Notes: a model not told the origin generated them from the letters alone. A stretch of DNA of 36,677 nt from Mahellales bacterium (GCA_050945235.1 JBMNSO010000003.1:1-36677); one strand, 5' to 3'. Positions 23,338-35,782 are shown, counted from the first letter of the stretch. Numbers and translations: made by a program.

Positions 23338-23736
23338 ATGGTTATGACTGATCCTATTGCCGATATGCTTACAAGAATTAGGAATGCACTGACCGTTAAG
23401 CATGGGGTAGTTGAAGTGCCTGCTTCAAATATAAAAAAGGAAGTAGCCGCTATATTATATAATGAAGGATATATTAAGGGTTATGAAGTAATTCCAGATG
23501 ATAAACAGGGAGTTATTAAGCTGACACTTAAGTATGGAAATAACAAAGAAAGGGTTATTTCAGGCTTGAAGAGGATAAGCAAACCCGGTTTAAGGGTTTA
23601 TGCAAAGAAGGACGAAATACCAAAGGTTCTCGGAGGGCTGGGGATAGCTATTTTATCCACCTCTAAGGGGATTATGACGGATAAAAAAGCAAGACAGCTT
23701 GGTGTTGGCGGAGAGGTACTGTGCTATATCTGGTAG
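23338..23736 (+). CDS. rpsH: 30S ribosomal protein S8
   Basis: [20 protein letters not shown]. Confidence 0.99.
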   Translation: MVMTDPIADMLTRIRNALTVKHGVVEVPASNIKKEVAAILYNEGYIKGYEVIPDDKQGVIKLTLKYGNNKERVISGLKRISKPGLRVYAKKDEIPKVLGGLGIAILSTSKGIMTDKKARQLGVGGEVLCYIW

Positions 23737-23759
23737 TACTATGAGTAGGAGGTGTTATT

Positions 23760-24296
23760 GTGTCCAGGATAGGTAAATTGCCAATACAGATTTCAGATAA
23801 CGTTGATGTAAAGATAGATGGTAACAACATAGTGGTGAAGGGACCCAAGGGCGAGTTGGCACAACAGATTCACAAGGATATGAAGATAAAACTAGAAGAT
23901 AAGCAACTATTTGTTCAACGTCCTACTGATAATAGAGTCCACAGATCATTGCATGGCCTGACAAGGTCACTGATTAACAACATGATAATCGGCGTTACCG
24001 AGGGATACCAAAAGACTTTGGAATTAAACGGTGTTGGATATAGAGTACAAAAACAGGGCAAAAAACTGGTTTTGACCATCGGATATTCCCACCCCGTAGA
24101 AGTAGAAGAAGAAGACGGCATAGAATTTGAGGTACCCGCGCCCAACAAGATAATAGTCAAGGGTATTGACAAGCAAAAGGTGGGAGCGATTGCTGCAAAT
24201 ATTAGAGACGTAAGGCCGCCGGAGCCATATAAAGGCAAGGGCATAAAATACAGTGACGAGGTAATACGACGAAAAGAAGGCAAGACAGGTAAGTAG
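23760..24296 (+). CDS. rplF: 50S ribosomal protein L6
   Basis: [16 protein letters not shown]. Confidence 0.99.
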   Translation: MSRIGKLPIQISDNVDVKIDGNNIVVKGPKGELAQQIHKDMKIKLEDKQLFVQRPTDNRVHRSLHGLTRSLINNMIIGVTEGYQKTLELNGVGYRVQKQGKKLVLTIGYSHPVEVEEEDGIEFEVPAPNKIIVKGIDKQKVGAIAANIRDVRPPEPYKGKGIKYSDEVIRRKEGKTGK

Positions 24297-24316
24297 TAGG
24301 AAGGAGTGAACAGGCA

Positions 24317-24685
24317 GTGATTAATAAGGAAGACAAAAATAAGCTGAGAAAAATGCGTCACAAAAGGGTTAGGAAGAAAATAATAGGCACATCCCAAAGA
24401 CCAAGGTTTAATGTTTTCAGAAGCCTTAACAATATATATGTACAGATAATTGACGATATGGAGGGGAAAACCCTGGTAGCTGCCTCAAGTTTAGAACCTG
24501 CTATAAAAGAAGAAGTTAGCCATAGAGGAAACAAAGCTGCGGCAAAACTCGTAGGAAAGCTGGCAGCGCAGAGGGCACTGGATAATGGAATCAAAACCGT
24601 GGTTTTCGACCGGGGAGGATATATTTACCACGGCAGAATTCAAGAGGTGGCCGACGGAGCGAGAGAGGCAGGATTAGACTTTTAG
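24317..24685 (+). CDS. rplR: 50S ribosomal protein L18
   Basis: [12 protein letters not shown]. Confidence 0.99.
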   Translation: MINKEDKNKLRKMRHKRVRKKIIGTSQRPRFNVFRSLNNIYVQIIDDMEGKTLVAASSLEPAIKEEVSHRGNKAAAKLVGKLAAQRALDNGIKTVVFDRGGYIYHGRIQEVADGAREAGLDF

Positions 24686-24702
24686 CAAAAGGAGGGAAAT
24701 AA

Positions 24703-25203
24703 ATGGAGCGCATAGATGCTACCGTACTTGATATTAAAGAAAGAGTAGTAAGTATCAGACGTGTTACAAAGGTTGTAAAGGGTGGTAGAAACTTCAGATT
24801 CAGTGCATTGGTAGTTGTGGGCGATGAAAACGGCCATGTAGGCTGCGGTACCGGAAAGGCAGCGGAAATACCCGATGCTATAAGAAAGGGTATAGAAGAT
24901 GCAAAGAAGAATATGATAAAGGTACCTTTGGTGGGAACCACTATACCCCATGAAACCATCGGCAAGTTCGGATCCGGGTCTGTATTACTCAAACCGGCCC
25001 AGGAAGGTACAGGAGTTATCGCCGGCGGACCGGCAAGGGCGGTACTGGAATTGGCAGGCGTTCGGGATATAAGGACCAAGTCCTTAGGTTCCAATAATCC
25101 TAGGAACGTTGTTAATGCGACTATAAATGGGCTGAAGGAATTAAAGACCAAAGAAGAGGTGGCGCGGTTAAGGGGTAAGTCCGTTGAAGAAGTGTTAGGT
25201 TAA
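24703..25203 (+). CDS. rpsE: 30S ribosomal protein S5
   Basis: [21 protein letters not shown]. Confidence 0.99.
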   Translation: MERIDATVLDIKERVVSIRRVTKVVKGGRNFRFSALVVVGDENGHVGCGTGKAAEIPDAIRKGIEDAKKNMIKVPLVGTTIPHETIGKFGSGSVLLKPAQEGTGVIAGGPARAVLELAGVRDIRTKSLGSNNPRNVVNATINGLKELKTKEEVARLRGKSVEEVLG

Positions 25204-25216
25204 GGAGGTATAGGCG

Positions 25217-25396
25217 TTGTCTAAGCTAAGGATTACATTAAAGCACAGTACAATCGGATCTATTAAAAAACAGATAGATACGATAAAGGCTTTAGGATTA
25301 AAAAAGGTTAACAGTGTAGTGGAAAAGGAAGATACCCCGCAGATCAGGGGCATGATTAATAAAGTAAGTCATTTGGTCAAAGTTGAAGAAATATAG
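25217..25396 (+). CDS. rpmD: 50S ribosomal protein L30 (59 aa)
   Basis: Hand translation from TTG: [14 protein letters not shown]...ALGLKK...[17 protein letters not shown]; SD AAGGAGG; below ORF-track cutoff. Confidence 0.97.
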   Translation: MSKLRITLKHSTIGSIKKQIDTIKALGLKKVNSVVEKEDTPQIRGMINKVSHLVKVEEI

Positions 25397-25414
25397 AAAA
25401 GGGAGGTGTGTTTA

Positions 25415-25855
25415 GTGAAATTACATGAATTAACACCATCTGCCGGTTCTGTAAGAAGTCCCAAACGTAAAGGACGGGGGCAGGGCACCGGTAACGGAAC
25501 AACTGCTGGCAGAGGAAACAAGGGACAAAAAGCCAGAAGTGGGGGCGGCGTAAGGCCGGGTTTTGAAGGCGGACAGATGCCCTTAAGCAGAAGATTGCCT
25601 AAACGTGGTTTCACAAATATATTTGCCAAGGAATATGCCGAAATAAATATTGGTTCATTAGACATATTTGAAGAGGGTGCCGTGATAACCCCTGAACTTT
25701 TAAAGGAGAGGGGTTTGGTAAAAAAGGTACTGGATGGTGTAAAAATACTTGGCAACGGTGAGATCACCAAAAAGTTGACAGTAAAGGCCCATAAATTCAG
25801 CGAATCAGCGAAACAGAAGATAGAAGCCATTGGAGGAAAGGTAGAGGTGATATAA
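25415..25855 (+). CDS. rplO: 50S ribosomal protein L15
   Basis: [16 protein letters not shown]; GTG 25415. Confidence 0.98.
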   Translation: MKLHELTPSAGSVRSPKRKGRGQGTGNGTTAGRGNKGQKARSGGGVRPGFEGGQMPLSRRLPKRGFTNIFAKEYAEINIGSLDIFEEGAVITPELLKERGLVKKVLDGVKILGNGEITKKLTVKAHKFSESAKQKIEAIGGKVEVI

Positions 25856-27112
25856 ATGTTTTCTACCCTTAAAAATGCGTGGAAGATTGCTGACCTAAGG
25901 AAAAAAATATTATTTACCGTAATGATGCTGGTGATATTTAGGGTAGGGTCCTTCATCCCGGTACCCGGTATAGATGCGTCATATATCCAGCGGATGGTTG
26001 AAGAAGGTGGTTTACTGGCGTTTTTTGACATAATATCCGGTGGTGCCTTCGGGAATTTTACCATATTTGCAATGAGCATAACACCATATATTAATTCATC
26101 CATTATAATGAACCTTCTTACCGTAGCAATTCCTAAACTGGAACAATTGGCTAAAGAAGGTGAAGAGGGCAGAAAGAAGATAGCCCAGTATACCCGATAT
26201 TTCACCGTAATCTTGGCCTTTGTTCAAGCCCTTGGAATAACCTACGGTCTAAGGGGAGCCGTTATTGAAAAAAATTTCTTTTCTTACTTCGTGATAGCAC
26301 TTACTTTGGCAGCAGGTACAGCATTTTTAATGTGGCTGGGAGAACAGGTAACGGAGAAGGGCATTGGCAATGGTATCTCAATGTTAATTTTCGCCGGTAT
26401 AGTTGCCAGGGGCCCAGTAGCTGTTCTTTCATTGTTTGAACGTGTAAGGGTAGGAGCAATGTCTGGTTGGAACATACCTCTTATTGTAGTACTAATGATT
26501 GCCGCTGTTGCATTCGTTGTATACGTTGATAGGGGGCAAAGGCGAATACCGGTACAGTATGCAAAAAGGGTAGTAGGTAGAAAGATGTACGGCGGGCAGA
26601 GCACCCATATTCCACTGAAGGTAAACCAATCCGGTGTACTCCCGATAATATTTGCGGTATCAATACTGGCTTTTCCACAGACCATAGCCCAGTTCTTCCC
26701 GGAAAGCGGGTTTACTATTTGGTTTATGCGTTACTTCGGTTCTGATAAGCCGATGTATGGTGTACTGTATGCAATATTAATAATATTCTTCACCTATTTT
26801 TATACACAGATATCCTTTAATCCTATTGATATCTCAAATAATATGAAACAGTACGGGGGTTTTATACCAGGGATCAGGCCAGGGAAACCCACTGCCGATT
26901 ACCTAATGCGGATATCCAACAGGTTGACCTTGGCAGGGGCACTATTTTTGGCAGCTATTGCGGTGTTGCCGATACTGGCTACTTCTGGCATGGGTATGCA
27001 ATTATATTTCGGCGGTACCGCCATACTGATTACAGTGGGTGTCGTCATGGAAACCATGCAACAGCTGGAGTCCCAGATGCTGATGAGACATTACAAAGGA
27101 TTTTTAAAATAA
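25856..27112 (+). CDS. secY: Preprotein translocase subunit SecY
   Basis: ITPYINSSII, GIGNGIS, IPGIRPG; multiple TM helices. Confidence 0.99.
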   Translation: MFSTLKNAWKIADLRKKILFTVMMLVIFRVGSFIPVPGIDASYIQRMVEEGGLLAFFDIISGGAFGNFTIFAMSITPYINSSIIMNLLTVAIPKLEQLAKEGEEGRKKIAQYTRYFTVILAFVQALGITYGLRGAVIEKNFFSYFVIALTLAAGTAFLMWLGEQVTEKGIGNGISMLIFAGIVARGPVAVLSLFERVRVGAMSGWNIPLIVVLMIAAVAFVVYVDRGQRRIPVQYAKRVVGRKMYGGQSTHIPLKVNQSGVLPIIFAVSILAFPQTIAQFFPESGFTIWFMRYFGSDKPMYGVLYAILIIFFTYFYTQISFNPIDISNNMKQYGGFIPGIRPGKPTADYLMRISNRLTLAGALFLAAIAVLPILATSGMGMQLYFGGTAILITVGVVMETMQQLESQMLMRHYKGFLK

Positions 27113-27159
27113 CGGGAACCGCGTTTAAAGATTATTATAATTCGAGAGGGATATAGAAA

Positions 27160-27795
27160 ATGAAGATTATATTATTAGGCCCGCCAGGGGTGGGAAAAGG
27201 TACCCAGGCACGGTTGATTTCTTCCAAATATGGGATCCCCCATATATCAACCGGTGATATATTCAGAAAGGCCATAGCTGATGAAACAAAATTGGGCTTA
27301 GAGGCAAAGGAGTATATAAATAAAGGTCAGTTAGTGCCCGACCAACTGGTAATTTCTATTGTCATGGAAAGGCTGAAGGAAAAGGACTGCGAAAAGGGAT
27401 TTTTACTCGATGGTTTTCCAAGAACCATTAAGCAGGCCGAGGCCTTGAGCAAGGCCATTGATATAGATAAGGTAATTAATATTACCGCTCCGGGTGAATT
27501 GATAATTAAAACATTGGTGGGCAGAAGATTTTGTAAGGACTGTAGCTCCACTTATCATATACAGGATGTTCCTCCCAAAGAAGAGGGTATATGCGATATA
27601 TGCCATGGCCATTTATATCAAAGGGAAGACGACAGGGTTGATGTAATAAAGAGCCGTTTGGAGGTATACGAAGAGGAGACCAAACCTTTAATAGAGTATT
27701 ACAAGGAAAAGGGTATACTAGCTACTGTTATTGGTTTAACCGGCATTGATAAAGTATTTGCCGAAATAACCAAAGTACTAGGGAGCGAAGCCTGA
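27160..27795 (+). CDS. adk: Adenylate kinase (Zn-lid type)
   Basis: [15 protein letters not shown], lid CKDC...CDIC. Confidence 0.98.
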   Translation: MKIILLGPPGVGKGTQARLISSKYGIPHISTGDIFRKAIADETKLGLEAKEYINKGQLVPDQLVISIVMERLKEKDCEKGFLLDGFPRTIKQAEALSKAIDIDKVINITAPGELIIKTLVGRRFCKDCSSTYHIQDVPPKEEGICDICHGHLYQREDDRVDVIKSRLEVYEEETKPLIEYYKEKGILATVIGLTGIDKVFAEITKVLGSEA

Positions 27796-28544
27796 TGATT
27801 ATAATGAAATCCGATAAAGAGCTGGAATACATGAAACAGGCGGGAAGGATTGTTGCACAGACCCACCGGCTGCTAGAAAACCATATCAGGCCTGGGATAA
27901 CCACAAAGGAATTGGATGATATGGCACAGGCATATATAACATCCCAAGGGGCAATACCGGCCTTCAAGGGATACAACGGTTTTCCGGCCAGTATCTGTGC
28001 TTCCATTAACGAGGAAGTTGTCCATGGAATACCCGGTCCGAGAAAGCTTAAAGAGGGAGATATCATAAGTATCGATATCGGTGCCGTGATCCATGGGTAT
28101 TACGCTGATGCGGCGAAAACTTTCGGTGTTGGCAGTATTTCAGCAAAGGCAAGGGATTTGATTCAAGTAACAAAGGAGAGTTTTTTTGCAGGTATCAAGC
28201 AGGCCAGGCAGGGGAACCGTTTATCGGATATATCCCATGCCATCCAGACTTATGTTGAAGAAAGGGGTTACTCGGTGGTGAGGGATTATGTTGGCCATGG
28301 TATAGGCCAAAACATGCACGAAGATCCACAGATACCGAACTTCGGCAGACCTGGAAGGGGCCCGAGATTACAGTCTGGGATGACATTAGCCATTGAACCT
28401 ATGATAAATGCGGGAACATATGAAGTAAGGACATTAGACGATAACTGGACGGTAGTCACCCTGGATAATCAATTATCTGCCCATTATGAACATACCATTG
28501 CAATTACCGACCACGACCCGGTAATACTTACTATGGAGGAGTAG
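27795..28544 (+). CDS. map: Methionine aminopeptidase type I
   Basis: VVHGIP, GHGIG, IEPM, SAHYEHT. Confidence 0.98.
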   Translation: MIIMKSDKELEYMKQAGRIVAQTHRLLENHIRPGITTKELDDMAQAYITSQGAIPAFKGYNGFPASICASINEEVVHGIPGPRKLKEGDIISIDIGAVIHGYYADAAKTFGVGSISAKARDLIQVTKESFFAGIKQARQGNRLSDISHAIQTYVEERGYSVVRDYVGHGIGQNMHEDPQIPNFGRPGRGPRLQSGMTLAIEPMINAGTYEVRTLDDNWTVVTLDNQLSAHYEHTIAITDHDPVILTMEE

Positions 28545-28552
28545 ATGATTTT

Positions 28553-28846
28553 ATGGAAGTAAAAACAGGTCAATTAGTAAGGTCAAGGGCTGGCAGGGAC
28601 AAGGGCAGGTATTTTCTGGTGATGAAAGCTATTGATGATCAATTTGTCTTGATTTGTGATGGAGAATTGCGAAGGCTTGAAAAACCAAAGAAAAAGAAAA
28701 TAAAGCATTTGGATATACTACCTGTATGTGTTGAAGGTTTTGATAATGGGGTGGAAAATAACAGACAAATGAGCAATTCAACAATAAAAAGATTAATAGA
28801 TGATTGTCTTAGAAAGCAAAATATCCAGGTTGGTGAGGAGGTTTAA
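28553..28846 (+). CDS. KOW-domain RNA-binding protein (L14e-like)
   Basis: [13 protein letters not shown]...[15 protein letters not shown]; usual map-infA position in Firmicutes. Confidence 0.9.
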   Translation: MEVKTGQLVRSRAGRDKGRYFLVMKAIDDQFVLICDGELRRLEKPKKKKIKHLDILPVCVEGFDNGVENNRQMSNSTIKRLIDDCLRKQNIQVGEEV

Positions 28847-28850
28847 TGTT

Positions 28851-29199
<349 letters not shown>

Positions 29200-29273
29200 A
29201 GGAATATATACCCAGTCTTGTGTTAATAATTAATATAAATGTTTTAATACCTGGATGGAGGTGTAAAGATTTA

Positions 29274-29645
29274 ATGGCTAGGATAGCTGGTATAGATTTA
29301 CCAAGAGAAAAAAGGGTGGAGATCGGTTTAACGTATATATTTGGTATAGGCCAGTCCACTTCAAAGAAGATATTAAAGGAAACTGGGGTAAACCCCGATA
29401 TTAGGGTAAAGGATTTAACCGAGTCTGAAATAAGCAAACTCAGGGAATATATAGACAAGAACGTCAAGGTGGAGGGCGACCTTCGCAGGGAAGTATCGTT
29501 AAATATTAAGAGGTTAATGGAAATTGGCTGTTATCGTGGCATTCGCCATAGAAGGGGCTTGCCCGTAAGGGGTCAGAGCACCAAACAAAATGCCAGGACC
29601 AGAAAGGGCCCCAAAAAGACAGTAGGGGCAAAAAGGAAGAAATAA
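29274..29645 (+). CDS. rpsM: 30S ribosomal protein S13
   Basis: [17 protein letters not shown]; ATG 29274 after GGAGGTG. Confidence 0.99.
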   Translation: MARIAGIDLPREKRVEIGLTYIFGIGQSTSKKILKETGVNPDIRVKDLTESEISKLREYIDKNVKVEGDLRREVSLNIKRLMEIGCYRGIRHRRGLPVRGQSTKQNARTRKGPKKTVGAKRKK

Positions 29646-29664
29646 AGCATAAGGAGGGAGTCAG

Positions 29665-30060
29665 ATGGCTAGGCCAACTGCTGGGAAGTCAAGGAAACGC
29701 AAAGAAAAGAAAAATATTGAACGTGGAGCAGCCCATATCCGTTCAACATTTAACAATACAATCGTTACTATTACAGATGTGAATGGCAATGCGCTGTCAT
29801 GGGCAAGTTCTGGGGGTCTTGGGTTCAGAGGTTCAAGAAAGAGTACACCCTTTGCGGCACAGATGGCTGCAGAAACGGCTGCCAAGGCCGCTATGGAACA
29901 CGGATTAAAGACCGTGGAAGTATATGTCAAGGGCCCGGGTTCGGGCAGGGAAGCAGCCATAAGGTCGCTGCAGGCTGCAGGGCTGGAAGTAAGCCTTATT
30001 AAGGACGTAACCCCTATTCCCCATAACGGCTGTAGACCGCCTAAGCGCAGAAGAGTATAA
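29665..30060 (+). CDS. rpsK: 30S ribosomal protein S11
   Basis: [25 protein letters not shown]. Confidence 0.99.
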   Translation: MARPTAGKSRKRKEKKNIERGAAHIRSTFNNTIVTITDVNGNALSWASSGGLGFRGSRKSTPFAAQMAAETAAKAAMEHGLKTVEVYVKGPGSGREAAIRSLQAAGLEVSLIKDVTPIPHNGCRPPKRRRV

Positions 30061-30088
30061 ACTGATATGGATATGGAGGTGTAAAGAG

Positions 30089-30712
30089 ATGGCAAGGTAT
30101 ACAGGTTCAGTATGCAGATTATGTAGAAGAGAAGGCATGAAACTTTATCTTAAAGGGGATAGATGTTACACTGAAAAGTGTGCAATAACAAGGAGAGCCA
30201 CCCCGCCGGGACAGCATACCCAAAGCAGGAGAAAGGTTTCTGAATATGGATTGCAGCTCAGGGAGAAGCAAAAAGCCAGGAGAACCTACGGTATTCTGGA
30301 AAGCCAGTTTGAAAAATATTTTGATATGGCCGAAAGGATGAAGGGCGTTACCGGTGAAAACTTGCTTCAGTTGTTGGAGAGAAGATTGGACAATGTTGTA
30401 TTTCGTTTGGGCTTCGCCAGTTCCAGGCCGGAAGCAAGGCAGATGGTCCGCCATGGCCATATCCGGGTGGACGGGAAAAAGGTGAACATACCTTCCTTCT
30501 TGGTAGGCGTGGGTAATGTGATAACCCTAAAGGAAAAAAGCAGGTCAATAGAAAAATTCAAGGACAATATCGAACAATCTTCGAAGGCTGTGCCCAAGTG
30601 GTTGGAGGTAAATCCTGAGAATTTTGAAGGTAGGATAGTTGCATTGCCTGCAAGGGAAGATATAGACATACCAATAGAAGAACATTTAATAGTAGAGTTG
30701 TATTCTAAGTAA
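30089..30712 (+). CDS. rpsD: 30S ribosomal protein S4 (C+ type)
   Basis: [24 protein letters not shown]. Confidence 0.99.
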   Translation: MARYTGSVCRLCRREGMKLYLKGDRCYTEKCAITRRATPPGQHTQSRRKVSEYGLQLREKQKARRTYGILESQFEKYFDMAERMKGVTGENLLQLLERRLDNVVFRLGFASSRPEARQMVRHGHIRVDGKKVNIPSFLVGVGNVITLKEKSRSIEKFKDNIEQSSKAVPKWLEVNPENFEGRIVALPAREDIDIPIEEHLIVELYSK

Positions 30713-30792
30713 TTTTAATTATTTATATAGAATCAGTTGCCCTCGGAAATATTGCATGGGATAATAAATGGTAATAAGGAGGGTTTATAAGA

Positions 30793-31740
30793 GTGATAGA
30801 AATTGAAAAGCCAAAAATTGAGTGTGTTGAGTTAAGCCAGGATAACAGGTACGGTAAGTTCGTTGTAGAACCCTTAGAGAGAGGATATGGGATCACACTG
30901 GGCAATTCCCTTAGGAGGATATTGCTTTCGTCCCTACCAGGTGCTGCAGTTACCACCGTCAAAATCGAAGGTGTACTCCACGAGTTTTCCACCATACCAG
31001 GGGTGGTAGAAGATGTGCCTGATATTATCCTTAATCTGAAGGAATTATCCATGAAACTCCACGGTGACGAACCAAAGACGCTGGTAATAGATGTTGAAGG
31101 GGAAAGGACAGTTACTGCCGCCGATATTACAACCGACAGTGATGTTGAAATCTTAAACCCTGATTTGACAATTGCGACCTTGGACAGTAATGGCAAGCTG
31201 TACATGGAGATAACCGTGGAAAAGGGACGGGGTTATGTGTCTGCTGAAAGGAATAAAAAACCCGGACAGCCCATAGGAATAATCCCGGTGGACTCAATTT
31301 TTACTCCAATAAGGCGTGTTAACTATTTTATTGAGAATACAAGGGTAGGTCAGATTACCGATTATGATAAGCTGACCTTAGAGGTATGGACCAACGGCAG
31401 CATAAAACCTGATGAAGCAACCAGTTTGGGAGCCAAGATTTTAAATGAGCATTTGATGCTTTTCATTGATTTGACTGAGCACGTTAACGATGTTGAAATA
31501 ATGGTAGAAAAAGAGGAAGACAAGAAAGAAAAAGTACTGGAGATGACCATAGAGGAACTGGATCTCTCGGTACGTTCGTATAATTGCTTGAAGAGAGCCG
31601 GTATAAACACTGTTGAGGAACTGATCCAAAAGACTGAAGAAGATATGATGAAGGTACGAAATCTAGGGCGCAAGTCCTTAGACGAAGTAAACCAAAAATT
31701 GGCTGGATTGGGATTAAGCCTGAGACAGAGTGAGGAATGA
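30793..31740 (+). CDS. rpoA: DNA-directed RNA polymerase subunit alpha
   Basis: [31 protein letters not shown]. Confidence 0.99.
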   Translation: MIEIEKPKIECVELSQDNRYGKFVVEPLERGYGITLGNSLRRILLSSLPGAAVTTVKIEGVLHEFSTIPGVVEDVPDIILNLKELSMKLHGDEPKTLVIDVEGERTVTAADITTDSDVEILNPDLTIATLDSNGKLYMEITVEKGRGYVSAERNKKPGQPIGIIPVDSIFTPIRRVNYFIENTRVGQITDYDKLTLEVWTNGSIKPDEATSLGAKILNEHLMLFIDLTEHVNDVEIMVEKEEDKKEKVLEMTIEELDLSVRSYNCLKRAGINTVEELIQKTEEDMMKVRNLGRKSLDEVNQKLAGLGLSLRQSEE

Positions 31741-31757
31741 CAAAGGAGGGATATATC

Positions 31758-32252
31758 ATGGCAGGATATAGAAAACTAGGCAGGCCAAGCGACCAAAGAA
31801 AGGCCATACTAAGAAATCTTGTAACCTCACTTCTTTGGAACGGAAAGATACAAACCACCGAAGCCAGAGCCAAGGAAGTAAGGAGCATCGCAGAAAAGCT
31901 TATTACTATAGCGAAAAAGGAATGCGATAATGTAGTAAAGCTTAAGAAAGAGGTAAACAACGAGAAGGGTCAAACCGTTACAATAGAAGTTGTTAATGAC
32001 AGTCCGTCGAAACTTCATGCAAGGCGAAAGATCATGTCTTATCTATATGATGTTAAGGAACTTAAAAACAAGGGCGAGAGCAAAAGCGATTATATAGAAC
32101 GGACAAAGGATGTTAAACACCCTATCGTTGAAAAGCTGTTTAGAGATATTGCTCCAAAATACAAAGAAAAAAACGGAGGGTATACCAGAATACTCAAGCT
32201 TGGTCCAAGACGAGGCGATGCTGCGGAAGTTGTGATAGTGGAACTGGTATAA
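31758..32252 (+). CDS. rplQ: 50S ribosomal protein L17 (164 aa, internal insertions)
   Basis: [27 protein letters not shown]; ATG 31758 after AAGGAGG. Confidence 0.97.
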   Translation: MAGYRKLGRPSDQRKAILRNLVTSLLWNGKIQTTEARAKEVRSIAEKLITIAKKECDNVVKLKKEVNNEKGQTVTIEVVNDSPSKLHARRKIMSYLYDVKELKNKGESKSDYIERTKDVKHPIVEKLFRDIAPKYKEKNGGYTRILKLGPRRGDAAEVVIVELV

Positions 32253-32278
32253 TCACACAACCATATGTTAATTCACAG

Positions 32279-32340
32279 GGATTAAGTAAGGATTAAGTTT
32301 TGTTACGTCAAGTCAACTCTACTTAATCCATATTTTTATC
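32279..32340 (+). terminator. Probable terminator hairpin after rplQ
   Basis: GGATTAAGTA ... TACTTAATCC followed by ATATTTTT. Confidence 0.55.
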
Positions 32341-32399
32341 CATAAACTTTTTGTTAATTTATATGTATAGGCTAATAGGGTATATTTTGGGAGATAGGT

Positions 32400-33233
32400 A
32401 TGAGTATGGACGAAATTATAAGGACCTCGAATTTGGTTTACAAGTATAATACCGAGGAAGAGGCTGTTGCTCTGGATAAGATCAACTTGGCCATAAACAA
32501 AGGGGAATTCATAGTCATCATCGGCCATAACGGCTCTGGCAAGTCGACACTGGCCAAGCACCTCAATGCACTCTTGAGCCCCACGGGGGGAACCGTTATA
32601 GTAAAAGGTATGGATACCCGGGACGGTAAACTGACCTGGGAAATACGGCAGACCGCCGGTATGGTATTCCAAAACCCTGACAATCAGCTGGTGGCCACCG
32701 TTGTGGAGGAGGATGTGGCCTTTGGCCCGGAGAACCTGGGTATACCACCCAAGGTAATAAGAGAGAGGGTGGACGAAGCCCTAAGGGTTGTAAATATGTC
32801 CGAGTATGCATCCTTTGCACCCCATTTATTATCAGGCGGGCAAAAACAGAGGGTGGCTATTGCAGGGATTATTGCCATGCGGCCTGAATGTATAATATTG
32901 GATGAGCCCACTGCCATGCTGGACCCCGTTGGCAGGAAGGAAGTAATGGATACCATAAAGAGGCTCAACAAAACCGAGAATATTACCATCATCCATATAA
33001 CTCACTTCATGGAGGAGGCCGTTGATGCCGATCGGGTATTTGTCATGGAATCGGGGAAGGTAATGCTCCAGGGCAGGCCAAAGGAAGTATTCAAACAGGT
33101 GGAGCTTATAAAGAAAATCGGTTTGGATGTGCCCCAGGTAACCGAATTGGCCTATAGGTTAAACAAGGAGGGCTTTGAAATACCCTTAGATATTTTGACC
33201 GTTGAGGAAATGGTGAGTGTATTATGCCCATAA
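32400..33233 (+). CDS. ecfA1: ECF transporter ATPase EcfA1
   Basis: [29 protein letters not shown]. Confidence 0.95.
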   Translation: MSMDEIIRTSNLVYKYNTEEEAVALDKINLAINKGEFIVIIGHNGSGKSTLAKHLNALLSPTGGTVIVKGMDTRDGKLTWEIRQTAGMVFQNPDNQLVATVVEEDVAFGPENLGIPPKVIRERVDEALRVVNMSEYASFAPHLLSGGQKQRVAIAGIIAMRPECIILDEPTAMLDPVGRKEVMDTIKRLNKTENITIIHITHFMEEAVDADRVFVMESGKVMLQGRPKEVFKQVELIKKIGLDVPQVTELAYRLNKEGFEIPLDILTVEEMVSVLCP

Positions 33234-34087
33234 AAACGAAAAATTTGACTCATATTTATATGCAGGGTGGCCCCTTTGAGCATACCGCCATAAAAGACAT
33301 AAACCTTGAAATCCAGGACGGTGAGTTTATTGGCTTGATAGGTCACACAGGCTCGGGCAAGTCCACACTGATCCAACATTTTAATGGATTATTAAGGCCC
33401 ACTTCGGGAACGGTATTTATAGACGATATTGATATTTTTGATAAAGCAACGGATATAAAGAAGATAAGACAAAGGGTGGGATTGGTTTTTCAGTATCCCG
33501 AGCATCAGTTATTTGAGGAGACTGTTTTTAAGGATATCGCCTTTGGCCCGATGAATCTCGGGCTGGGGGAAGCCGAGGTACGGTCAAGGGTTAAGGAAGC
33601 GGTGGAGATTGTGGGCCTGCCCTATGAAGAGGTAAAGGATAAGTCGCCCTTTGAACTAAGCGGCGGCCAGCGACGCAGGGTAGCAATAGCCGGTGTGCTG
33701 GCAATGAAATCCCAGGTACTTATTTTGGATGAGCCTACGGCGGGGCTGGATCCCAAGGGTAAGAACGAAATTCTGAACCAGATTAAGATGCTCCATGACA
33801 GGTACAATATGACCATTATATTGGTATCCCATAGTATGGAGGATATAGCCAAGCTGGTGGATAGGATCATTGTAATGGACCATGGTGCCATAGCACTATC
33901 AGGAACGCCCAGTGAGGTATTTACAAAGGCCCGGTTATTGGAAGGCATTGGCCTTGATGTACCGCAGATAACAAAGCTGATGCTCAGGCTCAGGGAAAAG
34001 AAACTGCCCGTTGCAAATGAGATATTTACTGTGGAACAGGCAGTAGCCGAGCTTAAAAAAGTGCTAGGGGGCGAAGGCCATGATTAA
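33224..34087 (+). CDS. ecfA2: ECF transporter ATPase EcfA2
   Basis: [30 protein letters not shown]. Confidence 0.95.
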   Translation: MPIKTKNLTHIYMQGGPFEHTAIKDINLEIQDGEFIGLIGHTGSGKSTLIQHFNGLLRPTSGTVFIDDIDIFDKATDIKKIRQRVGLVFQYPEHQLFEETVFKDIAFGPMNLGLGEAEVRSRVKEAVEIVGLPYEEVKDKSPFELSGGQRRRVAIAGVLAMKSQVLILDEPTAGLDPKGKNEILNQIKMLHDRYNMTIILVSHSMEDIAKLVDRIIVMDHGAIALSGTPSEVFTKARLLEGIGLDVPQITKLMLRLREKKLPVANEIFTVEQAVAELKKVLGGEGHD

Positions 34088-34892
34088 GGATATAACTATC
34101 GGCCAGTTTTTCCCGGGACAGTCGCTGGTACATAGGCTGGATCCCAGGACAAAGATAATACTGACCTTTGTATTTATAGTGATTCTATTCATTGTCCGCA
34201 ATTTTTCCGGTTATATCTTTGTGGCTGCCTTTATAATAATACCGGCGCTGATATCCAGAGTACCCGTTAAGTACCTGCTAAAAGGTTTGCGGCCCCTGTT
34301 GTTTATCCTCATTCTCACGGTGGTAATCAATGCTATCTTTACCCCCGGTGAGACGGTGGTGTATACCATAGGCTCGGTATCGATAACGGAGGAGGGGTTG
34401 AGACAGGCAGGTTTTATGGGCCTGAGGCTTATATTCCTGGTGCTGGGTACATCACTGCTAACCCTGACAACGTCGCCCATATCCCTGACCGACGGCATAG
34501 AACAACTTCTTAACCCGTTGAGGGCATTTAAGTTTCCGGCCCATGAACTGGCTATGATGATGACCATTGCTTTAAGATTTATCCCCACGCTGTTGGAGGA
34601 GACTGATAAGATTATGAAGGCACAAATGGCCCGGGGTGCAGATTTTACCGGCGGCAACCTGCTTAAAAGGGCAAAAAGTCTGGTTCCTCTGTTGGTACCC
34701 CTTTTCATCAGCGCCTTCAGGAGGGCCGACGAACTGGCCATGGCAATGGAAGCCAGATGCTACCGGGGCGGGGTCAACAGGACCCGGCTGAAGGTATTGA
34801 AGTTTGAAGCAATAGATCTTTATGCCGCTATCTTTATGCTGGTCATAATCTTAGGCGTTATATGGGACAGCTATTTTAGGGCAAGCCTTTGA
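34080..34892 (+). CDS. ecfT: ECF transporter transmembrane component EcfT
   Basis: LDPRTK, ALRFIP, AQMARG and MEARC coupling motifs. Confidence 0.95.
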   Translation: MIKDITIGQFFPGQSLVHRLDPRTKIILTFVFIVILFIVRNFSGYIFVAAFIIIPALISRVPVKYLLKGLRPLLFILILTVVINAIFTPGETVVYTIGSVSITEEGLRQAGFMGLRLIFLVLGTSLLTLTTSPISLTDGIEQLLNPLRAFKFPAHELAMMMTIALRFIPTLLEETDKIMKAQMARGADFTGGNLLKRAKSLVPLLVPLFISAFRRADELAMAMEARCYRGGVNRTRLKVLKFEAIDLYAAIFMLVIILGVIWDSYFRASL

Positions 34893-34926
34893 AATACATT
34901 TTTTGGGTGTTGGGTAGGTAAGGGGT

Positions 34927-35691
34927 ATGAGGAACATAAAACTAACCATGGAATATGACGGCACTGATTATGTAGGATGGCAGAGACAGACCAACGGCCT
35001 GTCCATCCAACAGGTTATCGAAGAAGCGATAGAAGAAATAACAGGCGAAACCGTAAAGGTTAACGGTTCGGGCAGGACGGACAGCGGTGTCCACGCCCTG
35101 GGTCAAACGGCTAATTTCTTAACAGGGACATCCATACCGACAGCCAAAATCCCGGCTGCTTTAAATTCGGTATTGCCGCGTGACATAGTAATTAAGGATG
35201 CCCAGGAAATGCCCCTTGATTTTCATGCACGGTTTAGCTGTAAGGCCAAGGAGTACAGATACCAGGTGTATAACGGGGAAACCCCCACGGCGATAATGAG
35301 AAGGTATTGTTATCATGTGCCCAGACATCTGGACCTGGATGCCATGGCCGGGGCTTTAAAGCTATTGGAGGGTACCCATGACTTCGCCTGTTTTAAGGCG
35401 GCGGGCAGCAGTGTTGAAAACTGTGTGCGGCACATTTACAGGGCGGAGCTTTCTAAACAAAAGGATATGCTACAAAAGGACATGCTACAAAAGGACATGT
35501 TAGTCTTTACCTTCAAGGGCAACGGTTTTCTGTACAATATGGTGCGAATAATGGTAGGCACGGTACTGCAAACCGGGATGGGTAAGCGCCCATTGGAAAA
35601 TATATCCCAATTGCTTAAGGCTAGGGACAGGACATTGGCCGGACCGACAGTCCCGGCAAAGGGATTGTTCCTTGTTAAGGTTTACTATTAG
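34927..35691 (+). CDS. truA: tRNA pseudouridine(38-40) synthase
   Basis: YDGT, GRTDSGVHA, FHARF, FLYNMVR. Confidence 0.97.
   Translation: MRNIKLTMEYDGTDYVGWQRQTNGLSIQQVIEEAIEEITGETVKVNGSGRTDSGVHALGQTANFLTGTSIPTAKIPAALNSVLPRDIVIKDAQEMPLDFHARFSCKAKEYRYQVYNGETPTAIMRRYCYHVPRHLDLDAMAGALKLLEGTHDFACFKAAGSSVENCVRHIYRAELSKQKDMLQKDMLQKDMLVFTFKGNGFLYNMVRIMVGTVLQTGMGKRPLENISQLLKARDRTLAGPTVPAKGLFLVKVYY
35458..35502 (+). repeat. 15-bp in-frame tandem repeat x3 in truA
   Basis: CAAAAGGATATGCTA CAAAAGGACATGCTA CAAAAGGACATGTTA = (QKDML)3. Confidence 0.95.
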
Positions 35692-35693
35692 TA

Positions 35694-35722
35694 TTGACAC
35701 TAAATGTACAATAAAGTAAAAT
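35694..35722 (+). promoter_or_regulatory. SigA-type promoter for rplM-rpsI
   Basis: TTGACA-N17-TAAAAT. Confidence 0.8.
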
Positions 35723-35729
35723 ATTAAGG

Positions 35730-35782
35730 AGTGTAAACTAGATCCAAGAGCCCCGGATCTTAATATACATGAACATTTACAC
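35730..35782 (+). ncRNA. L13 leader candidate
   Basis: GTGTAAA/TTTACAC closing stem, AGATCC/GGATCT inner stem with CCCCG, directly before the rplM SD. Confidence 0.7.

Noticed and set aside
29200-29273. AT-rich hairpin between rpmJ and rpsM as a possible S4-responsive leader
   Set aside because: Pairing is mostly A-U/G-U and cannot be told from chance without covariation data
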